Assembly (NCBI GenBank): GCA_019828565.1
Contig: JAHDYR010000012.1
Coordinates: forward strand, 1-64,000
From: Carpediemonas membranifera BICM
Taxonomy: Eukaryota > Protista > Fornicata
Length of the DNA: 64,000 nucleotides
Reading direction: 5' to 3'
Of this stretch, positions 37,124-48,643 are shown one piece after another; position 1 is the stretch's first letter, and each line of letters opens with the position of its first letter. A model generated the notes under the pieces. It was not told where the DNA came from. It worked only from the letters and a program-made list of their open reading frames with translations, and did no database searches. Both the position numbers and the translations under genes were made by a program.

Positions 37124-38328
37124 ACTTGGCGCAGCTGGCCACAAATTGTTCTGATTTCATTTAGTGTGCACTTTAGGGGATAGTTTCATTGCAACGCCAA
37201 AATGGCGAGTTCAGGTTGTAGCAATGATCTGATGCGCGGAATGTACTAGAAAACATTGCAATTACAACGCAAAGCAGCGAAAAGCGGAGAAATCAACATC
37301 AATAACAACATCAACACCAAAAGAACAGTATCCCAAAGAGTTGTGGGCGTTGCTGCGCCAAAGAGCAATAAATGACCACAAAGCATTCGCTTATGCACAA
37401 TTAGCTGCCAGAAAGAACACTACACCGTTACTTTGGATCATTCCAGTTCGCCGGAGATGACGCAGGTCCAGAACGCTGCCTTGGAGGGCTGGTGAAGCGG
37501 TAGTGTAGCGCTTACTCGCCAAGCGGGCGATGGTCTCGACGGGACGGTTGACGGTCTCAAGGTGGCCCTGCTCTTCGACGTACCAGGCGGACATGCCGAT
37601 GACGGAGCGGCGCTGACCCTGGCGGACGTTATCCTCGCCCTGGGTGAAGCTGTTCTTGCCGCAGTACACGTCGATACCGATGGTGAGGCAGGGCTGTTGC
37701 ATGGAGGCCGAGAAACCATAAACTGCACGGATCCACAAACGTGGATTGGCCTGAACGACAGCGCTGATGCCCAGACAGGCATACCGTCGGTTGTCCATAG
37801 CACGTAGCAGTCAACTACCTGCCAATTGTATCAGTCTCCAGCCATAAGTTCAAAGCATGGCCACCTATACGGCAGCCAGAGCCGATCCACATTTGTGGAT
37901 TCAGCTAGACCGGGCATGCCACAACACTGCATCTAGTCCCATCTAGTCCCAATACACGCGTGTATATACGCTAGAGAGGGCCGCATTTGGCCTTAGGAAA
38001 CGGCTATGGGGTACAGCTTTTTAATCCTTAAAGTGCGTTGCATCGATGCAACAAGCAACTACCTCAAACGTGCGAGCTACCATCGATTTCTTGGCACCAA
38101 CACGACACATTGAAGTAAGATAACTACGCGGTCAGCTATGAGCACACTAAACAACATCACTGTGCCAAAATACATCTTTGGACATCAGGCATGCCACAGA
38201 ACATGTAAGCAACATCAAACCCGCCTAATTCCAGCTCATTTAGTCAATAAACACATCAACACATTCCAATATCTCCTCATGATGCGCCAGATGGCAAGTG
38301 ACTCTGGCCTGCTCCTCCGGTGAATGAC
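37124..38328 (+). repeat. Inter-cassette repeat R1 (about 1.2 kb); contains a 135-aa minus-strand ORF at 37391-37798
   Basis: Nearly identical direct repeat at 42825-44030. Confidence 0.95.
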
Positions 38329-38443
38329 GATCGACAACGACAATCTTAGCCCGCAAGTGACCTAATTGATGTGGTATCCCGCTGTACGTCCAAATGTCTG
38401 CTGCAGGTCATGAACCGCTGGCTACACGGGCATATCCAAATCT

Positions 38444-40175
38444 TTATTCAATCTCAACGACCTCGCACTTCTTCTGGTACAGCGTGGCGTGAGCCGGATC
38501 GCCTTCGATGACAATAGCGAAATTATCTGTCAATCCCCACAAGTCTGCATCAGGTGCAAGCATGGTGGTGCCATCAAACAGGTATAAGATGGCGGAGATG
38601 CCTTGCATGCCGTTGTATCCGTCGTATGACTGGACAACAAGGATGTTCCGCTTCTGCTTCCTTGCCCAGACTCGGATGGCGTTCGAGTTATAGTAGCCGG
38701 AGTCCGGATCTGTCAGGCTACGCTCCGTGACATTCTTCTTAGACCAGTACTTGGCCTTCACTGACTGGCAGAGGCCACGCTGCCACTTTTCGAAGTCGCC
38801 ATCAACTCGGCCACCCAACTCAATGGCTTGGAGACAATATGCAACGCAGTTGCCGTTACTCTTGACATGAATCGCGGTACAGCCAGCCGTGAGCCTCCGC
38901 GTTGATGCACGTCTGCACCGCGGCCTCAGAGGTGATGCGAGTCTGAGTCTCCGGCTCAGTCTGGATGCAGGCGTCGCATGTGTTCACCGCCTCCTCTTCT
39001 GCCTCACCCCTCTTCTCCTTCGCCTCCTCCTGCTTCTCATCTGACTCCTCCTCCTCTGACTCCTCCTCCGAGTCCTCAGGCCTGGCCTTCTCGGGCGTGA
39101 TGATGAGGGCCTTGCGCTTCACAGACATGGAGGCCTCGGGCTCGTTCGTAGCGCGTCGGGGGCAGGAAGTCCTGGAGAGCGTGCCAGACTGTGGCGGGAT
39201 GGGGCTGGCGGCGAACGAAACATCGCAGGAAGCAAGGTACCCAACGTCATGCTCATGATGGATACGCCTGCACTCAAGAAAGTGGTCTCTTCTCTCGTCA
39301 GTCACCTGCTTCGTCAGCCGCTCGACCTGCTCCTTGAGAGATTGGATCTCCGTCTTCTGAGCAGAGATCAGACTGGCTGTCACGCGACGTACGACTCGAG
39401 CTTCAGCAGGGAGTCTCGTGGTCAACGTCTTCTCGCCAGTAAGCGCCTGAGTATCGATCTGGTCGGCCCAGAGATAGCGCTGAAGCACGTGGTCGGCGTG
39501 ATCCTCGCCGGGACAGGGGGCGTTATCCTTGCGGGCCCGCACACGACGAGTACCGCAGATCTCATCGTACACTCGCTCCCATACCACGTCATACTTGGAC
39601 TCGCGCGTGTATTCCATCTCCTTTTCCAACTCCTTTCGGTCTTCCTCATCGGCCAGCTTCATCATCTGAACCCGAGTACAATCCCTGATGTCCTCGTCCT
39701 CCTCCTTCGCGAGTTCACACTCAAGCCTAGCGTTTGTCTTCATTCTAGCCTCACGAATGCTCTTCTTCACCCGAATACGCGCGCTCTCCACCTCGCCGTC
39801 GTACAGGTGCGTGAAGGTATCCCCGCCGAGGACCTGCTTCAGTGTTTTCTTGTGTTCCCCTGTGACCCTTTCACCCTCATTCAATTTCATCGTCGCCATA
39901 AACTGCGCCTTAAGGTCCTTCTTCATATCTTCCGTCTCCTGGCGCGTGAGGCGGAAGAACGTGGCAATACGCTTGAGATTAACACCTGTGTAAACAATTT
40001 CGCTCAGTAACGTACGTTCCTTGATCACAGTAGCGAGTAAATCGCGCCTAGGCAGCAAAAGCGCGCGAAGGACGTCGCATTTGCCTTTAGCGCTTGCAGC
40101 TGCATTGATCTTGGTCATTAGCTCCTTCTTATCGAACTCAGTGGCTTCTTCCAGCCAAGTGAACAAGTCTAGCAT
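38444..40175 (-). pseudogene. Cargo: coiled-coil plus OTU-like protein (one frameshift near 38893)
   Basis: C-terminal part nearly identical to about 11805-12341 (here KSNGNC); N-terminal part a diverged homolog. Confidence 0.7.
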
Positions 40176-41409
40176 CGTATATCGCCAAGAGACGTTAAAT
40201 GGTTACTAAAAGTTTATGTATATCGCCTGCGGCTTGTAAGCACTCACACCGTGACTACCACCAGCCGTCATCACACCCCTAGCCCTACCCACACGTCCAT
40301 TCTCGCCGATGCTGATTAAATCGTCCGGCCAGCGAGCCGGGGCCTTTCGCAAATTTAATATGGCCAAGAGACGTTATCTGCGGCTGAAAAGAGCCCCATA
40401 TAACCCCCTATGACGTTATACGGAGAAATCATCGCCGATTTTCACGTTTCGGCGAGCTCCGGCCAAGGGGTCCAGGAGTCAGCTTTTGGGGGAAGGTCTG
40501 TGGTGCTCTAACGTACCTCGGGACGCACTGTGGAGGCCCCTAGAGTACTCGGTCATGACATGTCAGACCAAGGGTCCCTCAAATCTGGCCCCATTCAGGA
40601 TGCACCCCCTAAATGTTCCGTTGCAAGCGTCTGACGGAGGTTCTCTGGATACCGACTAAGATGGAGGTCACGTGGATCAACGGACGAGTATTGCGGTATT
40701 CTGGCCATGCCTGGTACTTTCAAATCATCTGTACTAATCAGTGCTCCATTTATAGTTCATATCGTATGGTCCTGGTGGACTTATAGTTGTTGATGTTGTT
40801 TAGGGATAATTGTTGCTTTAATGATGCTCTGCGCCCGCATACTGATGTTTCTTAGTGATATGTGCATGCCTGTATCGTTAAAGCCGCCAGTATTCTTTCT
40901 ATTCTTAAGATCCTCATTTCAGTCTCGTTGCGAGCATAAAGTGCACATTGTGAAAGGAAAGTGGGTGGTTATCAAATGGATACAGGGCAGGAAAAGGTAC
41001 ACGAATGCCGTCCTGAGGTTTGGCATGGGATACTGATCTCATACGTCAAAAATGGGCGGTGGTATTCGAATTTCAGAATTTCGACATGTCCGAATTCCGA
41101 GGCAAGCGGGTAGGGTTTACAAAACCTGGCCTGGGTCCCTACTGGAGCTAATAGATAACAGTATCACCGTGTATTCGGTTTTCAGAAATATAACTTGTGT
41201 TGGTATTGCAATTTCAGAATTACTTCCAGTACCGGAGATTGTCTTAGAATTTGGATGTTCATGACTACTTTAAAATTTTAAAAAGTTCCCATGAACCCAC
41301 TCTAGCTCAGGATTGCGGATCTGAGCCAAGTTTAGGTCGAATCCAAGTATTTGATAATTTTGTATGTACGAAATTCTGAAATTGCAATACCAACAGAAAA
41401 ACTCGTGAT

Positions 41410-42771
41410 ATGGAGGTTCTAGCTGCAAATAACGACGATATTGTTAAGCGCTGGTCTGATAGAGTTTCAGTGAAGACGCGTAGTGTGTACAAGAAGCACC
41501 TGGAGGACGTTTTGGCCAGCATTTGCCAGGAAACAGGCGCTGAAATGCAGAAGGGCATCGAGATTGTCCGAAGCGACAACGTTACGACTTATTTGGCGCA
41601 TTATTTCGCTACAAAGACGCCTGCTATGGCTAAGAGGATCGTTTCGGCTGTTCAGTCTTTCCGGAACTTCGACTTGCCACACCCCGCGAAGCCGTTGTCC
41701 TGGAAAGAGGAGGAAGAGGTGTCGTCTGCATCAGTTGAGAGTCTCCCCAGCCCGTATGGCGCCATTGCCATTCTGCTCAACCAGACGGGCTGGGAGTATT
41801 CGTATCTCCAAGGTAATCTCCCCGATGCGATAGACCTTACCTCGTGCCCGAGCTGGATGGGCTTTGGCACGCTCAAATCGGGATTCCCGCAGGCCAGTGC
41901 TGTATCGGAGGCGCTCAAGGTTCAGGGGTTGACGGTTCGCATGCTTCGCTTGTCGCAGCGGATCGACGTGTCCACCGATAGGATGCAGTCTATCGGCACG
42001 CTAGAGCGCCGCGGGAGACCGCAGGAGAAGCCTCAGAAGGTCATTAAGGACAAGCGCATCAGCCTGACCGATGAGCAGTTCAGGCACCAGTTGGCGTCCA
42101 GTCACTTAACGACCACGCGGCGCCCAACGATCCTCGATCTCAACCCGGAGATCCGAAGCTCTGCCGACCTGGTGCCGCCGACGCTCGATAACTGGCTTTA
42201 CAACAAGCTCAGGATGAGGATGGTCCAGCTCCACGACCAGCGTAAGCCCGAGGGGGGCGACACGGGGGAGGGTGAGTCTGACGATGAGGCGCTGTTTGAC
42301 GAGACAGCTGGCGAGGCAGAGATGCCGGAGACCGCAGTGGAGGGCGAGTTTGACGAGACAGCCGGGTTGGAGATGCTGGAAGGAGAGTGGGAGGATGAGG
42401 TGAGTTCAGACAGCGATGCCGAGGATAGCCTCGTCGATAACCTGTCATTTGTTCTGTCACAACAGGTTGAGTGTGATATGTCTGAGAGAGATACCGATGA
42501 GGGTGTCCTGAGCGGGGCCAATGGAAGTGGGCTCGCTCCGCTCTATGACGCTATGAAGACCAGGGAGCCCAGCAGACGCATTCGCCTTCGCCGCTATCAC
42601 GAGAGCGAGTCAGACTTGGGCAGCAGCAGCGACAGCGACGACGAGATGCCGAAGCTGCCCATTGAGGCCTTTGAGCACATCCGTGATGCAGGAATGACAA
42701 CTGTGAGGCTGACGAGGGCCGAGTATGACGACCTGATGGAGAAGAGAGAGCAGGAAAAGCATCAGAAGTAA
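41410..42771 (+). CDS. Cargo protein (453 aa): degenerate YR-like N-half, GRP motif, acidic tail
   Basis: Homolog of 7967-9355; SVKTRSVY...SAVQSF, LLNQTGW, GLTVRMLRL. Confidence 0.6.
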   Translation: MEVLAANNDDIVKRWSDRVSVKTRSVYKKHLEDVLASICQETGAEMQKGIEIVRSDNVTTYLAHYFATKTPAMAKRIVSAVQSFRNFDLPHPAKPLSWKEEEEVSSASVESLPSPYGAIAILLNQTGWEYSYLQGNLPDAIDLTSCPSWMGFGTLKSGFPQASAVSEALKVQGLTVRMLRLSQRIDVSTDRMQSIGTLERRGRPQEKPQKVIKDKRISLTDEQFRHQLASSHLTTTRRPTILDLNPEIRSSADLVPPTLDNWLYNKLRMRMVQLHDQRKPEGGDTGEGESDDEALFDETAGEAEMPETAVEGEFDETAGLEMLEGEWEDEVSSDSDAEDSLVDNLSFVLSQQVECDMSERDTDEGVLSGANGSGLAPLYDAMKTREPSRRIRLRRYHESESDLGSSSDSDDEMPKLPIEAFEHIRDAGMTTVRLTRAEYDDLMEKREQEKHQK

Positions 42772-42824
42772 ATGAACGAAGTAAATAAGTCGTGGGAATG
42801 ACTCAAACACTGACTAAGCCATCG

Positions 42825-44156
42825 ACTTGGCGCAGCTGACCACAAATTGTTCTGATTTCATTTAGTGTGCACTTTAGGGGATAGTTTCATTGCAACGCCA
42901 AAATGGCGAGTTCAGGTTGTAGCAATGATCTGATGCGCGGAATGTACTAGAAAACATTGCAATTACAACGCAAAGCAGCGAAAAGCGGAGAAATCAACAT
43001 CAATAACAACATCAACACCAAAAGAACAGTATCCCAAAGAGTTGTGGGCGTTGCTGCGCCAAAGAGCAATAAATGACCACAAAGCATTCGCTTATGCACA
43101 ATTAGCTGCCAGAAAGAACACTACACCGTTACTTTGGATCATTCCAGTTCGCCGGAGATGACGCAGGTCCAGAACGCTGCCTTGGAGGGCTGGTGAAGCG
43201 GTAGTGTAGCGCTTACTCGCCAAGCGGGCGATGGTCTCGACGGGACGGTTGACGGTCTCAAGGTGGCCCTGCTCTTCGACGTACCAGGCGGACATGCCGA
43301 TGACGGAGCGGCGCTGACCCTGGCGGACGTTATCCTCGCCCTGGGTGAAGCTGTTCTTGCCGCAGTACACGTCGATACCGATGGTGAGGCAGTGCTGTTG
43401 CATGGAGGCCGAGAAACCATAAACTGCACGGATCCACAAACGTGGATTGGCCTGAACGACAGCGCTGATGCCCAGACAGGCATACCGTCGGTTGTCCATA
43501 GCACGTAGCAGTCAACTACCTGCCAATTGTATCAGTCTCCAGCCATAAGTTCAAAGCATGGCCACCTATACGGCAGCCAGAGCCGATCCACATTTGTGGA
43601 TTCAGCTAAACCGGGCATGCCACAACACTGCATCTAGTCCCATCTAGTCCCAATACACGCGTGTATATACGCTAGAGAGGGCCGCATTTGGCCTTAGGAA
43701 ACGGCTATGGGGTACAGCTTTTTAATCCTTAAAGTGCGTTGCATCGATGCAACAAGCAACTACCTCAAACGTGCGAGCTACCATCGATTTCTTGGCACCA
43801 ACACGACACATTGAAGTCAAGATAACTACGCGGTCAGCTATGAGCACACTAAACAACATCACTGTGCCAAAATACATCTTTGGACATCAGGCATGCCACA
43901 GAACATGTAAGCAACATCAAACCCGCCTAATTCCAGCTCATTTAGTCAATAAACACATCAACACATTCCAATATCTCCTCATGATGCGCCAGATGGCAAG
44001 TGACTCTGGCCTGCTCCTCCGGTGAATGACAATGCAGAAGTCTGGCTGTGGACTTGAGTCAGTCGGACGTGCCGGCCTGCATGCTTCCTTGCGTTGTATG
44101 TAGATGTGGTCTGTTAGCCTGTTGCTCGGGTGGTTAACAAGGGTGAGTGAATAAAA
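42825..44156 (+). repeat. Inter-cassette repeat R2
   Basis: Matches R1 to 44030 and R3 to 44156. Confidence 0.95.
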
Positions 44157-44239
44157 CTGGTTCTGAAGTCTGAGTAGCATGTTGAGAGAGCCCCAAAGGC
44201 CAGAGCCTTGACAGAGCTCATGAATCTACTATGATGCTT

Positions 44240-45085
44240 TTACTCCAAGTATTCGAGAGCCAAACGACGGGCCTGATCAACATCGAAGATAGTGGAACCC
44301 CGAATCATCAGCTCAAATGCTGCAACATCAAGGGGATAATGACGATGCTCTCCTTCCCAATACGAAGGCGCGTATGCCATAGAAAGGAACTCGTAAGGCC
44401 GTGTGTTCCTGATGCATTGAAGGGCAAGAAGAGGAAGCGGCACCGTGTCATCATCGACCTGAACCTGCACCTTAATGCAGCGGACTTGTACATTTGTCAC
44501 GATTGGGTTATCGTTCACCATGTGAATTCCGTGCTTGGTAGGGTCGCCACGAACCATGAACTCACTGGAGCCAAGGGGAAGCTCAAAGTCATGCTGCCCA
44601 ATCTGAAGTTCAGGGGTAATAGCACAGACTTTTCCCGCGTATATACCGACGAAGTCGTTGACATTCATCGCATGTGGGGATACAACCCCGAGGCCGCATG
44701 CATCACCACAGATCGAATGCTGCTCAGTAAGAACAAGCCTCTTGCTGACACTGACACCAATTTCATTCAGTTTCAGTCCAGAATAGTCATAAGACAGCTT
44801 AGACGTGTTCAATGATAGAAATTTGTTCCTGTCTGCTTCATTCAGCTCTGAAAGGTTCATGAACTGATTGTAAACATCCAGCGACCAATAGCGATCACTC
44901 TCAACCTTTGAACTCACGTCTGGTATGGTATAATCAATTGGCATGCTCACGACCAAACTGTGTAAACTGCACGTACAATGAGCAATCATCAGAAACAATT
45001 GTTTGAGCATTACTACAAGCTGTGGTGCATGTTGAATGTAGACAGGATCAAAGCTTTCAACCAAGGAATGGAAAGAGTCCGTCAA
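44240..45085 (-). CDS. Cargo: SET-domain protein (putative lysine methyltransferase)
   Basis: CGLGVVS...NDFVGIYAGKV...HMVND...TN...LALQCIRNTRPYEFLSMAY follows the SET motif order GxG / YxG / NH / ELxxxY; start codon uncertain. Confidence 0.7.
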   Translation of the reverse strand: MTDSFHSLVESFDPVYIQHAPQLVVMLKQLFLMIAHCTCSLHSLVVSMPIDYTIPDVSSKVESDRYWSLDVYNQFMNLSELNEADRNKFLSLNTSKLSYDYSGLKLNEIGVSVSKRLVLTEQHSICGDACGLGVVSPHAMNVNDFVGIYAGKVCAITPELQIGQHDFELPLGSSEFMVRGDPTKHGIHMVNDNPIVTNVQVRCIKVQVQVDDDTVPLPLLALQCIRNTRPYEFLSMAYAPSYWEGEHRHYPLDVAAFELMIRGSTIFDVDQARRLALEYLE

Positions 45086-45541
45086 AATTGCGCGGAAGCG
45101 TTTGCTTCATATTGGCTCACCACTGATCAAGCTAGAACGGTCTTTTTCGCAAAAACTGATGAGCTTCGGGAATCATGGAGTGATGGCATTGTGCACTCGA
45201 CATTTTCAGACATTAGCGATGATGCCATCGATTCTTCAACATCAAAGATTTCCCGTCAGCTCCAGCTGCTACGCTGGAAGAAGGTTGGCCTACGAGTCGG
45301 AAAGAAAGACTTGGCAACCTATATCCATGCTTCCTTCGACTTCGAGGCTTCCCTCTTCGATCGATGGTGTGCCTATGTTTTGGCGACATTCTCGAATGAG
45401 TTTAGCATATGGTTCAAGGCTCTGAGTGAAGATCGCATTAGTGACTCCGAGTTCCACAAATACATCCTCTTTCGCATGAACAACAATTCGGAGAATGAGA
45501 GTGTTCCTCCGCACTGCACTCTTATCTTTAAATTTGACTGA
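45068..45541 (+). CDS. Cargo: hypothetical protein
   Basis: ORF fills the gap between the SET gene and the 428-aa gene; globular-looking composition. Confidence 0.45.
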   Translation: MERVRQNCAEAFASYWLTTDQARTVFFAKTDELRESWSDGIVHSTFSDISDDAIDSSTSKISRQLQLLRWKKVGLRVGKKDLATYIHASFDFEASLFDRWCAYVLATFSNEFSIWFKALSEDRISDSEFHKYILFRMNNNSENESVPPHCTLIFKFD

Positions 45542-45548
45542 TTCTTCT

Positions 45549-46835
45549 TTACTCCAACTGTGCTCGCTTCCCATCATCATCGCCTGACTCCGTCACGTTG
45601 CCTTTCCGCTTGCCAGACCCACTTCTCTCTTCACATTCCGTCTCGGGCGATGGCTTGACATACGTCAGGGAGTTCGTCTCCACAGAAAGCGCAAACATTT
45701 GCTCCATCATCGATAGCCTGTCTGTGTCAGTTACTCCATCCTTCAGTTCCTGCATGAGTGCTGCACGCGTTCCTCCCTCGCTGTTATATGCCATGAAGAA
45801 GCTCTCCAAGACCATGTTTGCCAACTCTCTCGCATCACCCGTGTCCCTGGGAATCAAACCAGCCTCCAGGAACTTGCCGAAGTCGGCGTATGTCAGCAAC
45901 ATCATGCCGATGATGATGTGGCTTCGTTCTATGCTCTTCACACCCATATTCGTGGCATGTTTCTGTACATCATTATAGAAGCTTGACTTGTTAGTCCTGC
46001 GAGTGCGGGTTGTGCAGTAACTCTGGTTACGGCTGATGAACTCGCTGCGTTGTTTTTCGGCCATCTTAGTCAGTTCAGCTGTTGGAGCAATTATCGGGTC
46101 CACAGTAAACTTATCCTTCGCTATATAGTCATACAGAGTTAGGTTATACGCAACGTAAATACGCATCACCGTGAGGTTCTCTTCAGAGAGGCTGTCGGCA
46201 ATATGGTTGAGTGACGCCAGGGAAGTTTGCATGTCCCCCAGCCGATTCACACGCTCGACTGACCTCTCTAGTGAAGGCAATCTAGCTTTGATCGTCTTGA
46301 GATACTTCTGGAGGAACGCACTTCTCTCCACCGGCAAGGCAGCATCATCGGGATGGACAATCTCTGACGGAAAAGTTAGCTTCTGGGTCTTCCTTGCCGA
46401 AAGTAGCCGACGCTTGTGGGCCTTCTTTGTCTTATGCGAGCTTGATGCGCTGGTTACGGGTGGCTCATCCTCTTCTCCGTCGTGCACTTCGACAATCTTC
46501 ATTGTTTCCTCGCGATCGCCCGAATACAATGCATCCATCTTCTCTAGCGCTTCTGGATCCTCGTTGAGCACTTCCCGCTCCAACAAAAGGAAGGACCGCA
46601 AGAACTCGGTGTGAATAGTCTTGGAGTATGCCCTTCCGTGGCGCTCGCCTCTTATGGATTGCGAGGATCCCCGAAGAACATCGACTGCGGCGAGCATTGT
46701 CATGAGATACCGCAAATGCTCAGAGGATGAGTGCTTTCCTGTGAAGACATCCATTTCGTCCATAAACTGCGGCAAAACAAGGTGAAGCATGCTTACGACC
46801 GCGTTGATGTCCATACAGGTGTCAGACTGACCCAC
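45549..46835 (-). CDS. Cargo: hypothetical protein (428 aa)
   Basis: Long intact ORF; no motif recognised; basic NLS-like patches. Confidence 0.7.
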   Translation of the reverse strand: MGQSDTCMDINAVVSMLHLVLPQFMDEMDVFTGKHSSSEHLRYLMTMLAAVDVLRGSSQSIRGERHGRAYSKTIHTEFLRSFLLLEREVLNEDPEALEKMDALYSGDREETMKIVEVHDGEEDEPPVTSASSSHKTKKAHKRRLLSARKTQKLTFPSEIVHPDDAALPVERSAFLQKYLKTIKARLPSLERSVERVNRLGDMQTSLASLNHIADSLSEENLTVMRIYVAYNLTLYDYIAKDKFTVDPIIAPTAELTKMAEKQRSEFISRNQSYCTTRTRRTNKSSFYNDVQKHATNMGVKSIERSHIIIGMMLLTYADFGKFLEAGLIPRDTGDARELANMVLESFFMAYNSEGGTRAALMQELKDGVTDTDRLSMMEQMFALSVETNSLTYVKPSPETECEERSGSGKRKGNVTESGDDDGKRAQLE

Positions 46836-46915
46836 GATTATTGTCTAAGCTCATGCACAGCCCCAAGCCCCAGGGAGCGCCTGTCTGTTGCGAAGCGAGC
46901 CCTGCCAGTGAATGG

Positions 46916-47589
46916 CCGTCGGTTGTCCATATGAGCACGTACCAGTCAACTACCTGCCAATTGTATCAGTCTCCAGCCATAAGTCCAAAGCATGGCCACC
47001 TATACGGCAGCCAGAGCCGATCCACATTTGTGGATTCAGCTAGACCGGGCATGCCACAACACTGCATCTAGTCCCATCTAGTCCCAATACACGCGTGTAT
47101 ATACGCTAGAGAGGGCCGCATTTGGCCTTAGGAAACGGCTATGGGGTACAGCTTTTTAATCCTTAAAGTGCGTTGCATCGATGCAACAAGCAACTACCTC
47201 AAACGTGCGAGCTACCATCGATTTCTTGGCACCAACACGACACATTGAAGTCAGATAACTACGCGGTCAGCTATGAGCACACTAAACAACATCACTGTGC
47301 CAAAATACATCTTTGGACATCAGGCATGCCACAGAACATGTAAGCAACATCAAACCCGCCTAATTCCAGCTCATTTAGTCAATAAACACATCAACACATT
47401 CCAATATCTCCTCATGATGCGCCAGATGGCAAGTGACTCTGGCCTGCTCCTCCGGTGAATGACAATGCAGAAGTCTGGCTGTGGACTTGAGTCAGTCGGA
47501 CGTGCCGGCCTGCATGCTTCCTTGCGTTGTATGTAGATGTGGTCTGTTAGCCTGTTGCTCGGGTGGTTAACAAGGGTGAGTGAATAAAA
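46916..47589 (+). repeat. Inter-cassette repeat R3 (right part of R)
   Basis: Matches about 43485-44156. Confidence 0.92.
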
Positions 47590-48261
47590 GTGTGTTGAGG
47601 AAGTACGATCACGTGCTCGAGAACACCTCCCCCAACATTACCCTTCAGGACGTCGCATCCTTTGCCTACAACGCCTCCCATCTTTATTCAGCTGGGCCAG
47701 CCCCATCAGATTGATGACCCGCCACCCATGGCCATGATGGTCGGCAAGACCCTGCCCCACACTACCGTGAGTTCCCTCTCTACCGCGGCCTCAAGTTCAT
47801 CTAGAGAGTCTCCCGGCCACCATCGGTCCATAACGCAGAGAGCACTACTGCATCATGTAGCGCCCCTTCTCTCGAATCCCTCCTCGCCACGCTCTCCAAG
47901 ATCCCCCCGCTTGAACCAACCGCACAAGTCCTCCTAGATCACGCCCGCTCGATCCTCGCAGACGGACCCCCGCTGTCCATGAACGTCGAGCTCTCGCCTG
48001 GCGATGAGCTCCCGATCGCCATGCACACGCTGAACCAGGGCGCGGTGTGGGCGTGTCTGGTGGGTGGCGGGGCCAACCCGACCTCGAGGACAGAGTGCTG
48101 AAGGAGGCTCAAGAGCAGTGGCCAGGCATAGACGGCATGATCAGCGACGCGTTCACCCCCGAGGCCAAGTGCCTCTGGTTCCTCTGCCGCAAGTTCTTTT
48201 TCACGCTGAACGTCGCAGAGAAGAACGGCGAGAGCTACATCAGTAAGCACTTTAGACTTTA

Positions 48262-48511
48262 GAGAAATCAACATCAATAACAACATCAACACCAAAAGAA
48301 CAGTATCCCAAAGAGTTGTGGGCGTTGCTGCGCCAAAGAGCAATAAATGACCACAAAGCATTCGCTTATGCACAATTAGCTGCCAGAAAGAACACTACAC
48401 CGTTACTTTGGATCATTCCAGTTCGCCGGAGATGACGCAGGTCCAGAACGCTGCCTTGGAGGGCTGGTGAAGCGGTAGTGTAGCGCTTACTCGCCAAACG
48501 GGCGATGGTCT
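48262..48511 (+). repeat. Partial repeat R4 (left part of R)
   Basis: Matches about 37288-37537. Confidence 0.9.
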
Positions 48512-48643
48512 GATCAAGGTTCGGCAAGGGTCTTTGGGTCTCGTTGTTGACATGCGACGGCAAGCCCACTCTGAGGTCTCGCATGAGCCCCCGCACAGTA
48601 TCAAATCTGCGGCATAAACTTACAATATGTCATTCATTGACCT

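Noticed and set aside
38138-38323. 61-aa ORF repeated five times
   Set aside because: Conservation simply reflects the near-identical R repeat; no independent coding evidence
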